64,000 bases of DNA, taken from NCBI RefSeq assembly GCF_036971445.1, contig NC_091471.1, positions 132,990,001-133,054,000 on the forward strand. The letters are read 5' to 3'. The position numbers and the translations under genes were made by a program. This document shows positions 23,340 through 37,700 of this stretch, piece after piece (position 1 is the first letter of the stretch; every line of letters begins with the position of its first letter). This DNA comes from Narcine bancroftii. Its lineage: Eukaryota. The notes under the pieces were generated by a model that was not told where the DNA came from, did not search any database, and saw only the letters and a program-made list of their open reading frames with translations.

Positions 23340-23557
23340 TTCTTTCTTTGGCTTGGCTTCGCGGACGAAGATTTATGGAGGGGGTAAAAAGTCCACGTCA
23401 GCTGCAGGCTCGTTTGTGGCTGACAAGTCCGATGCGGGACAGGCAGACACGATTGCAGCGGTTGCAAGGGAAAATTGGTTGGTTGGGGTTGGGTGTTGGG
23501 TTTTTCCTCCTTTGCTTTTTGTTCGTGAGGTGGGCTCTGCGGACCGCAGACCGAAGA
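23340..23557 (-). mobile_element. Short RTE 3' fragment inserted in a SINE, 11-bp TSD ccaactgctat
   Basis: Same family as 17860-19407; TSD at 23329-23339 and 23558-23568. Confidence 0.88.
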
Positions 23558-23869
23558 CCAACTGCTATACTACCCTACAAAATACATAGAAAGCAAATGG
23601 GCTCATCCCAACGTACTAATATGAGACATTATTCTCTCAAAACAAAACTCAGCTCTAGATGTGAATGAGAAAGTTTTCAATCAACGATAAATTTAGTTCT
23701 TAGAAATGTAATTATTATCATGTAAATTATTTTAAAGGTTGCTTTCACATTGTTATTGGTTTAGTATTTTCTTGTTTTGTGGAAGACTCAAGTGTGTGGT
23801 GTTGCACAAAAGAGGGGAGATTCAGAGTGCATCTGACAAAGGAAAGAGAAGATTTGCATGCCACCACAA

Positions 23870-24350
23870 TATTGTCAGCAAAGGTCAACTCCAACACAAA
23901 GTACAAGTTTGCTGATAACATCACCATTGTTTGCCAAATAATAGGTAACGATGATTTAAAATCCAAGATTGGAAATTGAAAATATGGTTGGATGATGCAA
24001 AACAACAATCTTGCTCTCAATGTCAGCAAGACCAAGAAAGCCAGTGAAGAGGCTTGGTGTCTTCACATTCCTGAGTCTTCATATAATCACTGGGCCTCTC
24101 CTGGTACCATACCAGCACATCGAAAGAAGTTTGAAGAGATTTGGTATGTTGTTGAATATTCTAATCAGATTTCCACAACTGGTTGCAACACAGCATAGTT
24201 CGAAAATTCAAATGCTCAGGAATGCAGAATGCTGGAGGAAGAGGTAGACACATCCTGTCCGTCAAAGATATCTATTCTAGGTCCTGCCTCTAGATGGTAG
24301 TCATCATCATAAAAGACTTCCATCTTGCTATTACATGCTCAATTCTTTCT
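23870..24350 (+). mobile_element. Degraded Rex/Babar-like LINE fragment
   Basis: KFADNITIV and NNLALNVSKTK motifs. Confidence 0.55.
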
Positions 24351-24449
24351 AAAGGTACAGAAGCCATTAAAAGCTGAGCACTCAAAGGCAAACAACTCAA
24401 TTGCTGAGTGAACAAGGTTTTGCCACTAGCTGCAAGTTTGATATCAGGA

Positions 24450-25205
24450 ATAGAACTCTACAGCACAGTACAGGCCCTTTAGCCCTTGATGTTGTGCCAA
24501 CCCATATATTCTTTTAAAAAAAGTACTAAACCCTCCCTACTCCATGACCCTCTATTTTTCTTCCATCCATGTGCATGTCTCAGAGTCTCTTAAATCTCCT
24601 TAATGTTTCAGCCTCCACTATCATCCCTGGCAAGGCATTTCAAGCACCCACAACTTTCTTCGTAAAAAAAAAAACTGACTCCCGAATGTCTCCCCTAAAT
24701 GTCCCTCCCTTCACTTTGTGCACATATTCTCTGGTGTTTGCTATTCCTGCCCTGGGAAACAGGCATTGGATGTCCACCCTATCTATGCCTGTTATAATCT
24801 GTAGACCTCTATTAAGTCTCCCTTCATCCTTCTACACTCTAAAGAGAAAAGTCCCAACTCTGCTTACATCACCTCACACATCCCAATTGAAATGCATCTG
24901 CCACTTCTCCACCCTACTCTGCATCCTGTCTATATCTTCTTGTAACCTTCAACAACCTTCAGCTCCATCACAACTCCTCCAATCTTTGTATCATCTGCAA
25001 ACCTACTGACCTATCCTTCTGCCTCTTCATCCAGGTCATTTATAAAAAATCACAAAGAGCAGGGGTCCTAGAACAGATCCTTTCAGTACTGACCTCCAGG
25101 CAGAATAGTTTCCTTCCACTTCTATTCTCGGCTTTCTACCTTGTAAGCCAATCTTTTATCCACGCAGCCAACATTCCATGATCCCATGCCTCATAACATT
25201 CTGAA
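24450..25205 (-). mobile_element. CR1-like LINE 3' fragments
   Basis: Reverse strand encodes FADDTK-like RT sequence (ctttgtatcatctgcaaac) plus a CR1-type tail. Confidence 0.6.
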
Positions 25206-25935
25206 TGAATGAAATGGAATATTCTCTAGTGTCCCAAAAGATTGTAGGTCTAACAAAACACAGGAAGTTCAAGACAAACCAGAAATCATTATTTGACTAC
25301 CAATGTAATATTCACATCCTTCACCTGTACACAGCAGCTGCAACATATACTATGAACACAGCCACTCACACATCAACCTTCTACCACCTGAAAGGTAATC
25401 ACATTCCCCAAATGTCACACCATCCTGACTTGGAAGCAGCCCTCTTTTCCCTGACCATCACTAGACTCAGTCTGAACTCCCTCTCAACAGCATTTTACAA
25501 GAACCGTCACCACAAAAGTTCTTCTTCAGGGGATGTCAGTCATGGAAAATTAATGCTGGCTTGTCAACAAAAAAACATCCTGTAAAATGACAAAGAAAAA
25601 AAAAAATCACAAATGCAAGGTTTTAACTATTTATCTCCCATTAATGTGCAAGAAAAAAAAATACGACTTTCTCCAGTTGTACCAGGCCTGTAAAGTTAAT
25701 AGGTGCTGAACAGTCTCCCAGCTCAAGTACAGCATGCACAGAATGTTGATAATGAAAGTAGGGAGAAAGGAGAGAAATAAAGTAAAATAAGGAAAGCACA
25801 TTGTAGGATTTAGCATTACAAGTTTTAAATTCCACCCCCCCATTCTTTATTTTGTGTCATGAGATTCAATGTATTGCATGACCCACCAGTTATAATCCAT
25901 ACACAAGCAACTAAAGCAAAGGCAGCTGTACAAAC

Positions 25936-26029
25936 CTCGTCGAAGATGATGAACACTTTTACTCCCTATGATGGAGAGGAACATCGACTCATCAGTACCA
26001 CATTTCAGTTCTCCTGCTTGAAACAGTTC
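25936..26029 (-). CDS. ANXA5: ANXA5 exon 9 equivalent (94 bp): ELFQAGELKCGTDESMFLSIIGSKSVHHLRR
   Basis: Human ALFQAGELKWGTDEEKFITIFGTRSVSHLRK; 94 bp; aag/gtttgt sites. Confidence 0.93.
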
Positions 26030-26619
26030 CTTTTGAGGAGAAACAAGAGAAAAAGATAGAATTAAACCAAAAGAAAATATAATTCAACACTTTGGACATT
26101 GGGGGCGTGGCCATGTGAAGGACTTAGACATGTTTTGGTTGAGATCTCCATGAAGTGTACTAAATAGACAGTCAAAACTTGAAAATTCAAGATTTTATCA
26201 AAGATGGATAAAACTAACATGAAGAAGCCAAGGCAGCTGAAAACAAAGATTGAAGAAGCTCCTATTCAACCAGTAACCTCAGGTGAAAGTCCAAAAAGAA
26301 ACGGTACATAAATGGTGAAGGGACTGGCAGAGCCAGGTAAAACTAGGGAGTTGGGTCAAGAATTGAGCATCATCCTGGGAAAAAAAAGAATTTCAGTAAA
26401 CAATTCATAAGTGTTGAAACGGTGATATGAGAGATAACCAAAACAAAATAGATTGTTGAAGGTCTGATAGAGAGAATGGGTTGAGCAGAGTTTGAATTGA
26501 CAAAAATGCATGAAAAACTTGAGGTTTTGAGAAAAAAAAGCCAAAGAATGGGAGTCAAATAAACAAGGACTGCTTGTCAAAATTGACCACATGGAGAACT
26601 TTAGTCAACAGAACAATGT

Positions 26620-29579
26620 AGGGGGGATGCCAAGTGATGGCGTGGGGTTAGATTTGAAATCCCTTCTCTCGCCATACAAGTTTTTTTTACAAAAGTTTAA
26701 AAGGCTGGTGATTAAAAGAAAATAGAAAGAAAAGCTGTTGGAAGGCCTACAGAACAATACAGAATGTCACCTAAAAAGGGTAAAATGGTTACTCTCTTTC
26801 AAGAACTTAAACAAGAAAATGAAACAGATAAAGAGAGCCCTACCTTGAAGAAGGATCCTATAGCTGTCCAGAAGGTAGGAGCCCATGAGGATAAGCCTGG
26901 AGCTGGGGAGACCTTGGACATTGCTGTGCAGTATATCCAACAATGGTCACCTGCCATGGGAGGAGAAATGACTCTGCATATGCGCGACTCCTTGCGGATG
27001 TGCAGAGCACAGAAAAAAATGGAGGAAATTTTTAAAAAGGCTCAAGAACCCTCCACTCCAATGATCAAGTAGAAGAACAGGAAGAAGAAGAAGAAGAAAA
27101 AACATGTAGAACAAAGAGTCTTGACTAAAAAACAAGAGAAAATAAAAGAGACGTATATCTACAATATCTACAACAGAAATAGAAATGAAGAAATATATGG
27201 ATACTTTTCAGCAATGTCTGGTGCAATTGACAATGGAAGTTAAAAAAAAATGTAATGAGAGTATATTTGAAAATCTTCTTTCTTTGGCTTGGCTTCGCGG
27301 ACGAAGATTTATGGAGGGGGTAAAAAGTCCACGTCAGCTGCAGGCTCGTTTGTGGCTGACAAGTCCGATGCGGGACAGGCAGACACGATTGCAGCGGTTG
27401 CAAGGGAAAATTGGTTGGTTGGGGTTGGGTGTTGGGTTTTTCCTCCTTTGCCTTTTGTCAGTGAGGTGGGCTCTGCGGTCTTCTTCAAAGGAGGTTGCTG
27501 CCCGCCAAACTGTGAGGCGCCAAGATGCACGGTTTGAGGCGTTATCAGCCCACTGGCGGTGGGTTTTGCAAAAACGGTGGAAAAAAATTTTGTCGTAAAT
27601 GGATAAAAAATTTGTAGTAGTGGAAGAAAAAAATTAAAAGGAATGAATTTGAAATTCAAGATGTTAAAGAACAAAGTTCAAGCAGAAGTAGCCGCAACAA
27701 AAGAGCAACTAACTCAAAAAATTGATATGTTAGCAAGTTTCAGTAGAAGAAACAACATAAAAATTGTTGGATTTAAAGAAGCTGATGAAGGATAAGACGT
27801 TGGATTCTGCAATCTTTGGGGGTAAATGAATTTCAAGGAGATATCGAGATTGAAAGAGCCCATAAAAGCGTTATGACAAAATCCATAGCCAGAACAAAAA
27901 CCATGTTTGGTACTGGTCAGGTGACTTTGTTACAAAGTGAGGGAGAAGATCTTGGAACTGGCAGCGAAACAAGCGAAAGACAATCACCATTAATTTACAA
28001 TGGAAATAAGATCTTCTTTTACCCTGATATAAGTTTTGATTTGTTGAAAAAAAGGAATTCAATGCTGTTAAAAATGTGCTATGGAAAAAAGGTTATACTT
28101 TCATTTTAAGGTATCTGGCAGTATTGAATTTTTGTTCCTGAAGGAAAAAAGAGATTTTTTTTGGAATCAAGTGCAGCAAAAGTGTTTGCAGATTCATTGC
28201 CTGAGAAAAAAAAAAAACAAGAAACGAGAACTGGGGGATGTCAGAAATGAAAGAGGATGTATAAAGATTTCAGCTGAGGATATAAAGAAAAGATATGTTT
28301 TGAGAGCAAAAGAGTATCAGAGAGGAAAGTTCTTACCCAATAGATCTAGGGAAAAATAAATAAATTGGAAAGTGGTAGAGACTGAATAGATCAGAGGCAA
28401 TAATAAACAGTATAATGTTTCGGGGGAGTTAGTTAGGAGCATGAGCCTGGTCCTGAGAAGTCATACGAGGGGGTGTGTTTTTGATCACAACTCCTACAGA
28501 TGAGGGAAGGATGTATCATTAATAATATACACCTTTAGTTGAGGTGGGGGGGGGGTTCTATCTTTTTCTGTATTTCTTTTCCTTTACTTTACTAACACAT
28601 CTGAATATAATAATATTATGAATGATATTGTTAGCATTTTAAATGAGAGAGGAGTGGAGGTGGAAAGATGGACGGTTAGATTATGTGGAAGACTAGATGG
28701 CTGATAAATTAAATTTTATTAGAATTAATATTAACAGGATTAAAAATGTCAAATAAAGTGCTAAAAATTATTAGTATACAAGAAAAAAAGAGACATTGTT
28801 TTTCTACAAGAAAAACATTTGACAGAAAAAGAACATGAAAAATTAAAAAGAGATTGGGTAGGGAATGTAGTAGCATCATTATTTAACTCTAAGGCTAGGG
28901 GTACATGAATATTGATAAATAAAAAATTGCCAGTTAAAATATTGGATACTAGTATAGATGTATCTGGAAGATATGTTATGGTAAATTGTCAGATCTATTC
29001 AGAACAATGGACCCTAATGAATGTATATGCAGCAAATGTAGATGATGGTAAATTTATGCAAGATCTTTTTATGCATTTATCTAATGCTAAGGGGAAAGTT
29101 ATACTAGGGGGAGATTTTAATTTTGCTTTAGACCCTAAATTAGATGGGTCAGGAGATAAAGTGATGAAAAATTTAAAAAATGGTAATAGATTTAATGAAA
29201 GATATGGACCTCGTGGATATCTGGCGAAAAATGTATCCAAATGAAAATGATTATTCCTTTTATCCTTTTCGATATAAAACATATTCACGAATAGATAAGT
29301 TTTAAATTTCTGCACAATTTCAACATCAAGTACAAAAGGTAGAATTTCAGATAATTCGTCTTTAATTTTGTAAATTTTGCTGGAAGAGCAAAAGATTAGT
29401 TATAGATGGAGGTTAAAAACAATTTTATTGAAGAAAAAATAAGTTTGTGATTATGGTTGGGGAGAAAATTTAAGTCCTTTTTTTGTATTGTTACATATGA
29501 TCAGACAATAAATATTGTATTCATTGAATTTTTCTGTTGTGTTTGTATTGATACCAATTATAAATACATTTTTTTTAAA
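26620..29579 (+). mobile_element. Nested, internally deleted L1 (5'UTR, ORF1, EN domain, 3' tail), 13-bp TSD aacagaacaatgt
   Basis: TSD at 26607-26619 and 29580-29592; EIERAH, IFFYPDIS and GGDFN motifs. Confidence 0.85.
27274..27561 (-). mobile_element. Short RTE 3' fragment within the nested L1
   Basis: Near-identical to 23340-23540. Confidence 0.88.
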
Positions 29580-32500
29580 AACAGAACAATGTCCAAATTA
29601 TTGGGCCAAAGGAACAAATCGAAGGAAGAGACCCAGTGAACTTTTTTCAAAAATGGATCCCACAAGGGTTGGGTGAAGACAAATTTGGAGAAAAACTACA
29701 CATCGAGAGAGCTCACTCAGACCCAGAAGAACTGGCGATCAGAGAGCAAGGGCAGTTCTGGTGATACTTTTAAGCTACCGAGAATGGGAAATAATTCTAG
29801 AGCAGAAATGATTACACTAAGCAGAATAATAGCCCACTCGAGGTTGATTCCCCCCCCCCCCAAGATTTTAGCCTAACCTTGATTAAACAAAGAATTTGAA
29901 GATGTGAAGACAACTACATACTAAAAACTTGAAATACTCAAATGAGTGCATGACCAAGTCAAACTAAAAAAAACGGAAACAAACTGCGCCTGCTAGTAGT
30001 TTCACAACGGGTGCCTGGGTGAGGGCACACAAAATCAGTGAACCGGTGCGGACTCATGGCCTGTTTCTGCTCCATAAATGGTTATATGGTTATACATCCT
30101 GTGATTTTGAGACTCAAAGTAATGGAAGGGAATCAGCAATTTTTCAAGACAAAGAACAAGGTGAAAGAGTTTCTGTAAAGTTTATAAAGAAAAAAAGATC
30201 AAGGTTACCGAGGGAGAAGATTGTAAAAATATTTCTAATGGAACTAAGTAAAAGTTTTTTTTTATTTTTACAAAGCCATCTTGTATTTATTATTAAAAAG
30301 TAAAATGTATAGAAATATTTATGGAGAGCTTAGTGAAAGGAAAAATATCTGGGAAAAGTGGTAGCAGGGTGGAGACTGCAGTCTAAGGGTAAGAATGGCA
30401 CCTGGAAAGTAATAACAAAAAAAACAAAAAAAAAAATACACTAATGGGAGAGAATCTTTTTCCTCTAAAGATTCCATGGGCTTTTCTCGTGGGCTTTCAG
30501 GGCTCTACATATAAGTTACCATCTGGGTAGGAACATTGTGTTTTTCTTAAAATGGGAAGGACCACTTTTATTTAAAGGGTCAGAGATTTTTTTTAAAAAT
30601 TGTGTTAAAGATGAATATGGATAGAATATTAAAATTTATTAATTTTAATGTTAATGGAATTAACAGGTCGATGAAGAGAAAACTGGTCTTGGCACACCTA
30701 AAAAATTAAAGGCAGATACATTCTTTTCACAAGAAACACATCTTTCCAAATTAGAGCATGCAAAATTAAAAAGAGGATGGGTTTAGCAAGTAATATCATC
30801 TTCATTTGGATCAAAAGCAAGAGGTGTAGTAACTTTAATTAATAAAAATATACTAATAATAACAGAAGAGACATTAACTGATCAAACTGGAAGATTTGTA
30901 ATGGCACACTGCAAAATTTATGCAGAATCATGGACATTTATGAATATTTATGTTCCAAATGATGATGATGAACTCTTTGATAGATATCTTTTTAAAAACT
31001 GCAGGGGGAAGACAAAATATATTGATTGGAGATTTCAATTTTTGTTTGGATCCAATATTAGACAAATCAACAAGAACAGTAACAAGGGTGAAAGCTGCAA
31101 AAATGACATTGTCATTCATGAAGGGTTTAAATTTAATTGACATATGGAGGCAGCTCAATCCATTAGAAAGAAACTATTCTTTCTATTCAAGGGTACATGA
31201 ATCATATACAAGGAGTGACTTATTTTTAATGTCTGCCCAGCCACAAAGTAAAGTGGTAAAAACAGAGCATTTAGCAAGACTTTTATCAGTTCGTTCGCTG
31301 TTAATGTTAACTTTTACAACAATGGAAAAGCAAGAAAGTATGTATAGATGGCACCTTAAATGATACATTATTAAAGAGGTAGGATTTTTGTGAATTTACT
31401 AAGAGACGTAGAAATATTTTGTGAAAACAATCTTCCTTCCACTGACAACAGTTTTCTAATTATGGGAAATGCTTAAAGCTTGAAGGAGGGGACAAATTAC
31501 TTCTTACACTAAAAATCTTGAGAGAATATGCAAGAGACTCAGAAGAATATAACAAAATTGGAAAAAGATATCTATCAGGAACACAAGAAAAATATAAAAT
31601 ATTACAGAACAAAAATTTACAATATAATACACTATAAACATAGAATGAAAAAAAATAATAAAAACTGAACAAAAATATTATGAATTAGGAGAATGGACAC
31701 AAAGTGTTATCTTGGCAAAAGGTAAAAGAAGAGGAGTCATCCAGAATTATAAATGCAATAGAAACAGAAACTATAGCATGTAATCAAAAATAATACATTT
31801 TCACAATACTATACAAATCAGAATTAGTAGGAGATGAAAACAAGATGGAAGAATTTTTAACAAATGTTGAAGTTCCTAAATTAGACGAGACAACTTAGAT
31901 GCATCTTTTTCATGGGAAGAAATAGAGAAAGCTCTGGGTACTTTACAAGCTAACAAGTCCCTGGGGGAAGATGGGTTTCCTCCCATTCAATAGGCAATTT
32001 GAAGATTTGTTGATGCCTCAACAAATCTTCCCAGAAACTTTTTCAACTGCTATAATTACAGTGCTACCAAAGAAAAGTAAAGACCAAAAAAAAATTTAAC
32101 ATACAATTTTGCTCTTGAATGCAGATTATAAAATTCTAGCAAAGGCACTAGCCAGCAGATTGGGTGAGTATTTACAAAAATGAATACATCCAGATCATGT
32201 GGGATTTGTTAAAGGAAGATATTCTTCAAATAGTCTAGTTAGATTATTCAATATAATACATATGGCAAAAATCAAGGTTGAATCCAAACATTACTATTTC
32301 CTTAGTTGCAGAAAAGGCATTTGACAGACTAGAATGGTCTTTCTTATACAAAATGTTGGAAAAATTTGGTATAGGTAGAAAATTTATAAATTGGATTAAA
32401 AACTCTATCATAAGCCACAAGCTAAAATTATAACTAATAACTAAATATCATCTATTTTTCCCTTGAGTAGATTGAGTAGACAGGTTACCCTCTATCTCCA

Positions 32501-34789
32501 GCATTATTCATATTAATTATTGACCCTCTGGTGGAAATTATAAGAGATCCAGATGTTAAGGGCTTCAAAGTTGGCGGGAAGAACATAAAATTAGTTTTTT
32601 GCTGATGATGTGCTCGTATACATGTCTGACTCAGCTGAATCACTGATAAGATTATCAACAATATTAGAAAAAATATGGAATAATATCAGGATACAAAATA
32701 AATATGGACAAAAGTGAGGCAATGCCATTGCATTAAATGGAAGAAGGATGGAATTAAATACTTAGGAATAATGACAGATAATAATTTAGAGAATTTATAC
32801 AAGCTCAATTATATCCCTTTATTAGAATAGAAAAACATTTACAGAAATGGAAAGATCTGCCATTTATATTAATCTTTCAATTGTTACTTATTGCACTAAC
32901 TAAACATTTCTTTAAATTATTACAAAATTGTATAATACAATTCCTATGGAATAATAAAGTACCAAGAATTGCACTGGAAAAGTTAACATGGGAGTATAAA
33001 TTGGGAGGACTTAGACTCCCAGGTTTTAAGCAGACATCATCCATCAACACAAGCAAGATTTCCATCATCTTTCTTCAAAGAAAACAATCTCCCCTCGTGG
33101 ATTCAAATAGGACTGAATTCAATAAAAGAGGAGACAATGAAGGACTTCATTTATAAATGGAATGTTAAGTCAGTAACAAAAAAAAAACAGATAATCCTAT
33201 ATTAATACAAATGATCAGAATATAGAAAGAAATGAATGAATTTGGGTAAAAAGACACCATTATATAAAAATGGATCTATGAATCTGGGTGACACAATATT
33301 GAATTTATGGTATGACAAAGGAATAAGGTATGTGGATGATTGCTATATGGAAGGATCTCATATCATTTGAACAATTAAGAAATAAGTATGGAGCAGCTAA
33401 TTGGGCACTCTTTTGCTTTCTCTAGCTAAGATTGTTCTTAAGAGAAAAATGGAGACCAAGCTTGGCCCCACCTGAAATTAGTGAGATGGAACAAACAATT
33501 TTGCTGGGGAACACACCAAAATGTACTTTGCTCTCCAAAATGAAAGTGCAAAAATCAAGTTTACAGAGAGAGATAGGAGTCAGATTTTGGAGTTGCAATA
33601 ATGGAAAGATGCTGGTCTGATTGGTGTTTGGATAGTATGATGCCAATTATAAGTGCAAAATACTGATTTGTACAAAATAATTTTCTACACCAATTATACC
33701 TCACACCACAGAAGTTGTATCAATCAAAATCAGAAATATCAGATGTGTTTTAGATGTGGAATAGAAATAGGAACATTTGTATATGCTACATGGTCATGTG
33801 TGAAGACGAGACCTTTCTGGAAGGACATTAGTGAAATAATAACAAGGAATAAAAGGGATGGCCTTTAGGGTAATTTTATTGAAATAAATAAACTAACTAA
33901 ATTCCAAATTTCATTTGTGAAGTCAACGAATCTCAGGAAAAACTCTTGTCTGGAAAACAGCAGAGCACAACCATTCTTTGAATTATGATGTCAGTGTTCA
34001 TATTCCCTTTAAGAAGATTATGATCACAGAATTTGAAAGGGAAGGCAGAGAGAAGATCGAAGAGGCCCAAAGAAAAACAGGACTAGCTATAAAATTAGTC
34101 CTCTGACACCCCAAGGAATATTGCAAAGGATACTGCACAGGGACAGTGGAAATTAGTAATTATATTCTTTAAAAACCTGTTGATTCTTGATCAACTGAAA
34201 AATTTAAAGCTGAAGTGGGTTAGGCAAGACTTTAGTGTTTTTGAACCAAGCTGAATAAATAAGAGTTATGTTAGTGATCCTCTATAATCTCATGAGCACT
34301 GGAACATGCTCAAAGAGCTAAATGACTCATTGCTGTTGCAATATTGTGGTCACTGTCTGCAAGACTTTTCCATATGATTCAACTTTTTGTTCATTATTCA
34401 TCATAAAATGTAGTATGGAAACACAACTCCATTACAATAGAAGTGTCTCTCCTCACCAAGCATAGCAGTTACAGATGGGTTAATAATATCATTACAAAAA
34501 AAGAAAAGAAATACAGGGTCCTCTATGATTTCCCACAGATAAACATGGGGATTGCACTGAGTGACATTCTCTCCTGGGCTCAAAAGAGAGTTGACAAAAT
34601 ATCGGCTTCTCAATAACTTGGATAGATTCAATAAAGAAGGATGATCCATTTGATGACAGGTAATTTTCCCCATTCTCATTTCACCATAAAATGCATTTTT
34701 TGACAGATTGAGGCATAAGAAACAATAAATGGAAGCAATCAGATCACCCAATTCTCATTTCCAGATACAATTTCAGCTCATCACAATGC

Positions 34790-37700
34790 ATCCTAAGATG
34801 GCACCTTACAGTGGCGACTCTTTGCGTGCAGCACTGATGGGAATTATTAAATATTCCCACTCAGAACTATTACAATGCAACAACAGAACTAGAAATACAA
34901 AATCAAACTTATCCGTTAATAAGGATGTCACTGGCAGACCTCTGAATGGGAAGAATTGGCAATATCCGTCAGGACACAGGACGTTTAAACAGTTGGCGCT
35001 CAGAAAAGTTCAGAACCGCAGGAGTTTTAAACAGCCAGTGATTGGGCCATTTAAACTTTGCCGGAGTCGCAAACTGCAGATGCTCAGTACATTTAAACAC
35101 CATGGGTGACTTAAAGGACATTGCACGGACCATTTAAACACCACAGGAACTACCAGCAGTGGACCTACGAGCCACATATATAAGACCCAACCACGTGAAA
35201 CCAGAGTGGGGAGGGGGGGTGCTACAGGTTAAGATGAGACACTGGGCCCTGGGACTTCCAGTCCCTACCTTCCTCCTGGCCAAAGTGCAATCCTTGGAGA
35301 ACAAACTTGATGAACTCCAACCCAGACTTCACCATCAGAGAGACATCAGGGAGTGCTGTGTGATGTGCTTTATAGAAATATGGTGAAACACAAACATTCC
35401 AGAAACAGCGCTGCAGCCCAAGGGCTGACACCCTCCATCGCACTGACTGAACACCAGTGTCAGGAAAAACCAAGGGAGGCAGTGTTTCTGTGATTGTCAA
35501 TTCATCATGGTGCGTAGACATGACAGTCATCTCACAGTCCTGCTCCCCCGACCTGGAATATCTGGTGATCAAGTGCCACCCATTCTACCTGCCGAGGGAA
35601 TTTGCTTTCATCCTGGTAACAGCATACATTCTGCCTCAGGCTAACATCAGGCTGGCACTGGAGGGACTGAGGACTGGGATCAACAGCCATGAGACAGCAC
35701 ATCCTGATCATCGTAGGGAACTTCAATTAGGTCAAACTGAAGTCTCTGATAAACTATCATCAACACACCACACGTGAAACCAGGAGAACCAACACATTCG
35801 ACCAGTGCTACACAACCATGAGGAACGCCTACCGAGCCATTCCATGACCACACATTGGCAAGTCTGATCACCTGGGTGTACTTCTCCCAGCGTATAAGCA
35901 GAAGCTGAAGACCACAGCACCAGTGGTGAAGATGGCAAAAGTATGGTTGAGGGAAGCAGAGGAGCGGCTTCAGGACTGCTTTGAATCGATGGACTGGAAC
36001 ATATTCAAAAACACAGCCACAGATTTGAATGAATATGCAACAGATGTCACCAACTTCATCAAGACCTGTGTGGATAAGTGCGTGCCCAAGTGCACATACC
36101 AGGTGTTCCCCAACAAGAAACCTTGGATGAATCAGAGGATTTGCAATCTGCTGACGGCAATAACAAGGGCATTTAAGGCCAGAGATCCAGATCTCTACAA
36201 GAAGACCAGGTACGACTTGCGGAAAGCCACCTCTGAGGCAAAGTGACAATCCAGAGGAAGCTAGAGACAGATACACTCCAGCTATGGCAGGGAGTGCAGC
36301 CCTTTACAGCTTACAAAGTGAGGGAAAACATCATAGATGTCTGTGATGATTCATTACCTGATGAGCTGAACATCTATGCCTGCTTTGAGAAGAACCAAAC
36401 ATTGCCTACTAGAATCCCTGCAAAGGCTGAGATCCTTATGATATCTGCCTCTGAAGACAATGTTAGAACATCATTCAAGAGGAGTCAGGCCCTGACAGCA
36501 TACCTGGCAGGGTACTGAAAATCTACACCAACCAACTAGCTGGAGTGTTCAGACATTTTTCAACCTCTCATTGCTGCAGTCAGAGGTTCCCACCTGCTTC
36601 AAAAGGGCATCAATTATCCCAGTACTCAAGAAGAGTAGAGTGAGCTGCCTCAATTGCTATTGCCCAATAGCACCAACTTCTACTGTGATTAAATGCTTTG
36701 AGAGGCTGGTCGTGGCCAGAATTAACATGTACCTAAGCAAAGATTTGGATCCACTGCAATTTGCTTATCATCACAATTGCTCCATAGCAGATGTAATATC
36801 ACTGGCTCTCCACTCAGCTCTAGATCACCTCGAAAAGAGTAGCCGTGTACATGTTGCTGTTTAACTACAGCTCAGCCTTCAATACCATTATTCCCTCAGC
36901 ACTGGTCAAGAAGCTACAAACTCTGGGTCTCTGTATTCCACTCTGCAACTAGATCCTGGACTTTCATATTGGAATACCACAGTCAGTACGAATTGGAAGC
37001 AACGTCTCCTCCTCATCAACACAGGTGCACCCCAAGGATGTGTGCTTTGCCTACTGCTCTACTCATTATACACCCACGACTGTGGGGCCAGGCACAATTC
37101 CAATGCTATTTACAAGTTTGCCAATGACACCACAGTTGTCGCCAGAATCACAAATGCCTATGAGGAAGTGTACAGGAGGGATAGATCTTCAAGTGGTATT
37201 ACATCAACAACCTTGCGCTGAACATTAGCAAACTCAAAGGGATGATTGTGGACTTCAGGAGGGAGTCAGGAGAACACAACCCAGTCCTCATCGAGGGCTA
37301 AGTAGTGGAGAGGGTCAAGAACTTCAAATTCCTGGGTGTCAATATCTCAGAGGATTTGTCCTGGAGCCTCCATGTTGATGCAATCACGAAGAAGGCCTGC
37401 CAGCAGCTATACTTTATGAGGTGATTGAGGAGATTCGATATGTCACTGAAGACTCTTGAAAACTGGTACAGGTGTACAGAGGAGATCATTCTGGCTGGTT
37501 GCATCACTACCTGGTATGGAGGTGTCAAATCTCAAGACTTCACTGTAATCGAGGACATCTACATGAGGCAGGTCTTAAGAAAAGCATCCTCTATCCTCCA
37601 AGACCACCATCTAGGCTATGCCCTCTTCATTCTGCTACCATCAGGAAGGAGGTACAGGAGCCTAAAGACAAGCACTCAGCAGCATAGGGACAACTTCTTC

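Larger units (their letters stand above)
26101..33925 (+). mobile_element. Old degraded L1 (host element; ORF1 split at 26619/29580, ORF2 remnant about 30611-33920)
   Basis: ORF1 IDHMENFSQQNNV|QIIG; EN motifs (QETH, GDFN, YSFYS) and RT motifs ([21 protein letters not shown]), with many stops. Confidence 0.85.
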
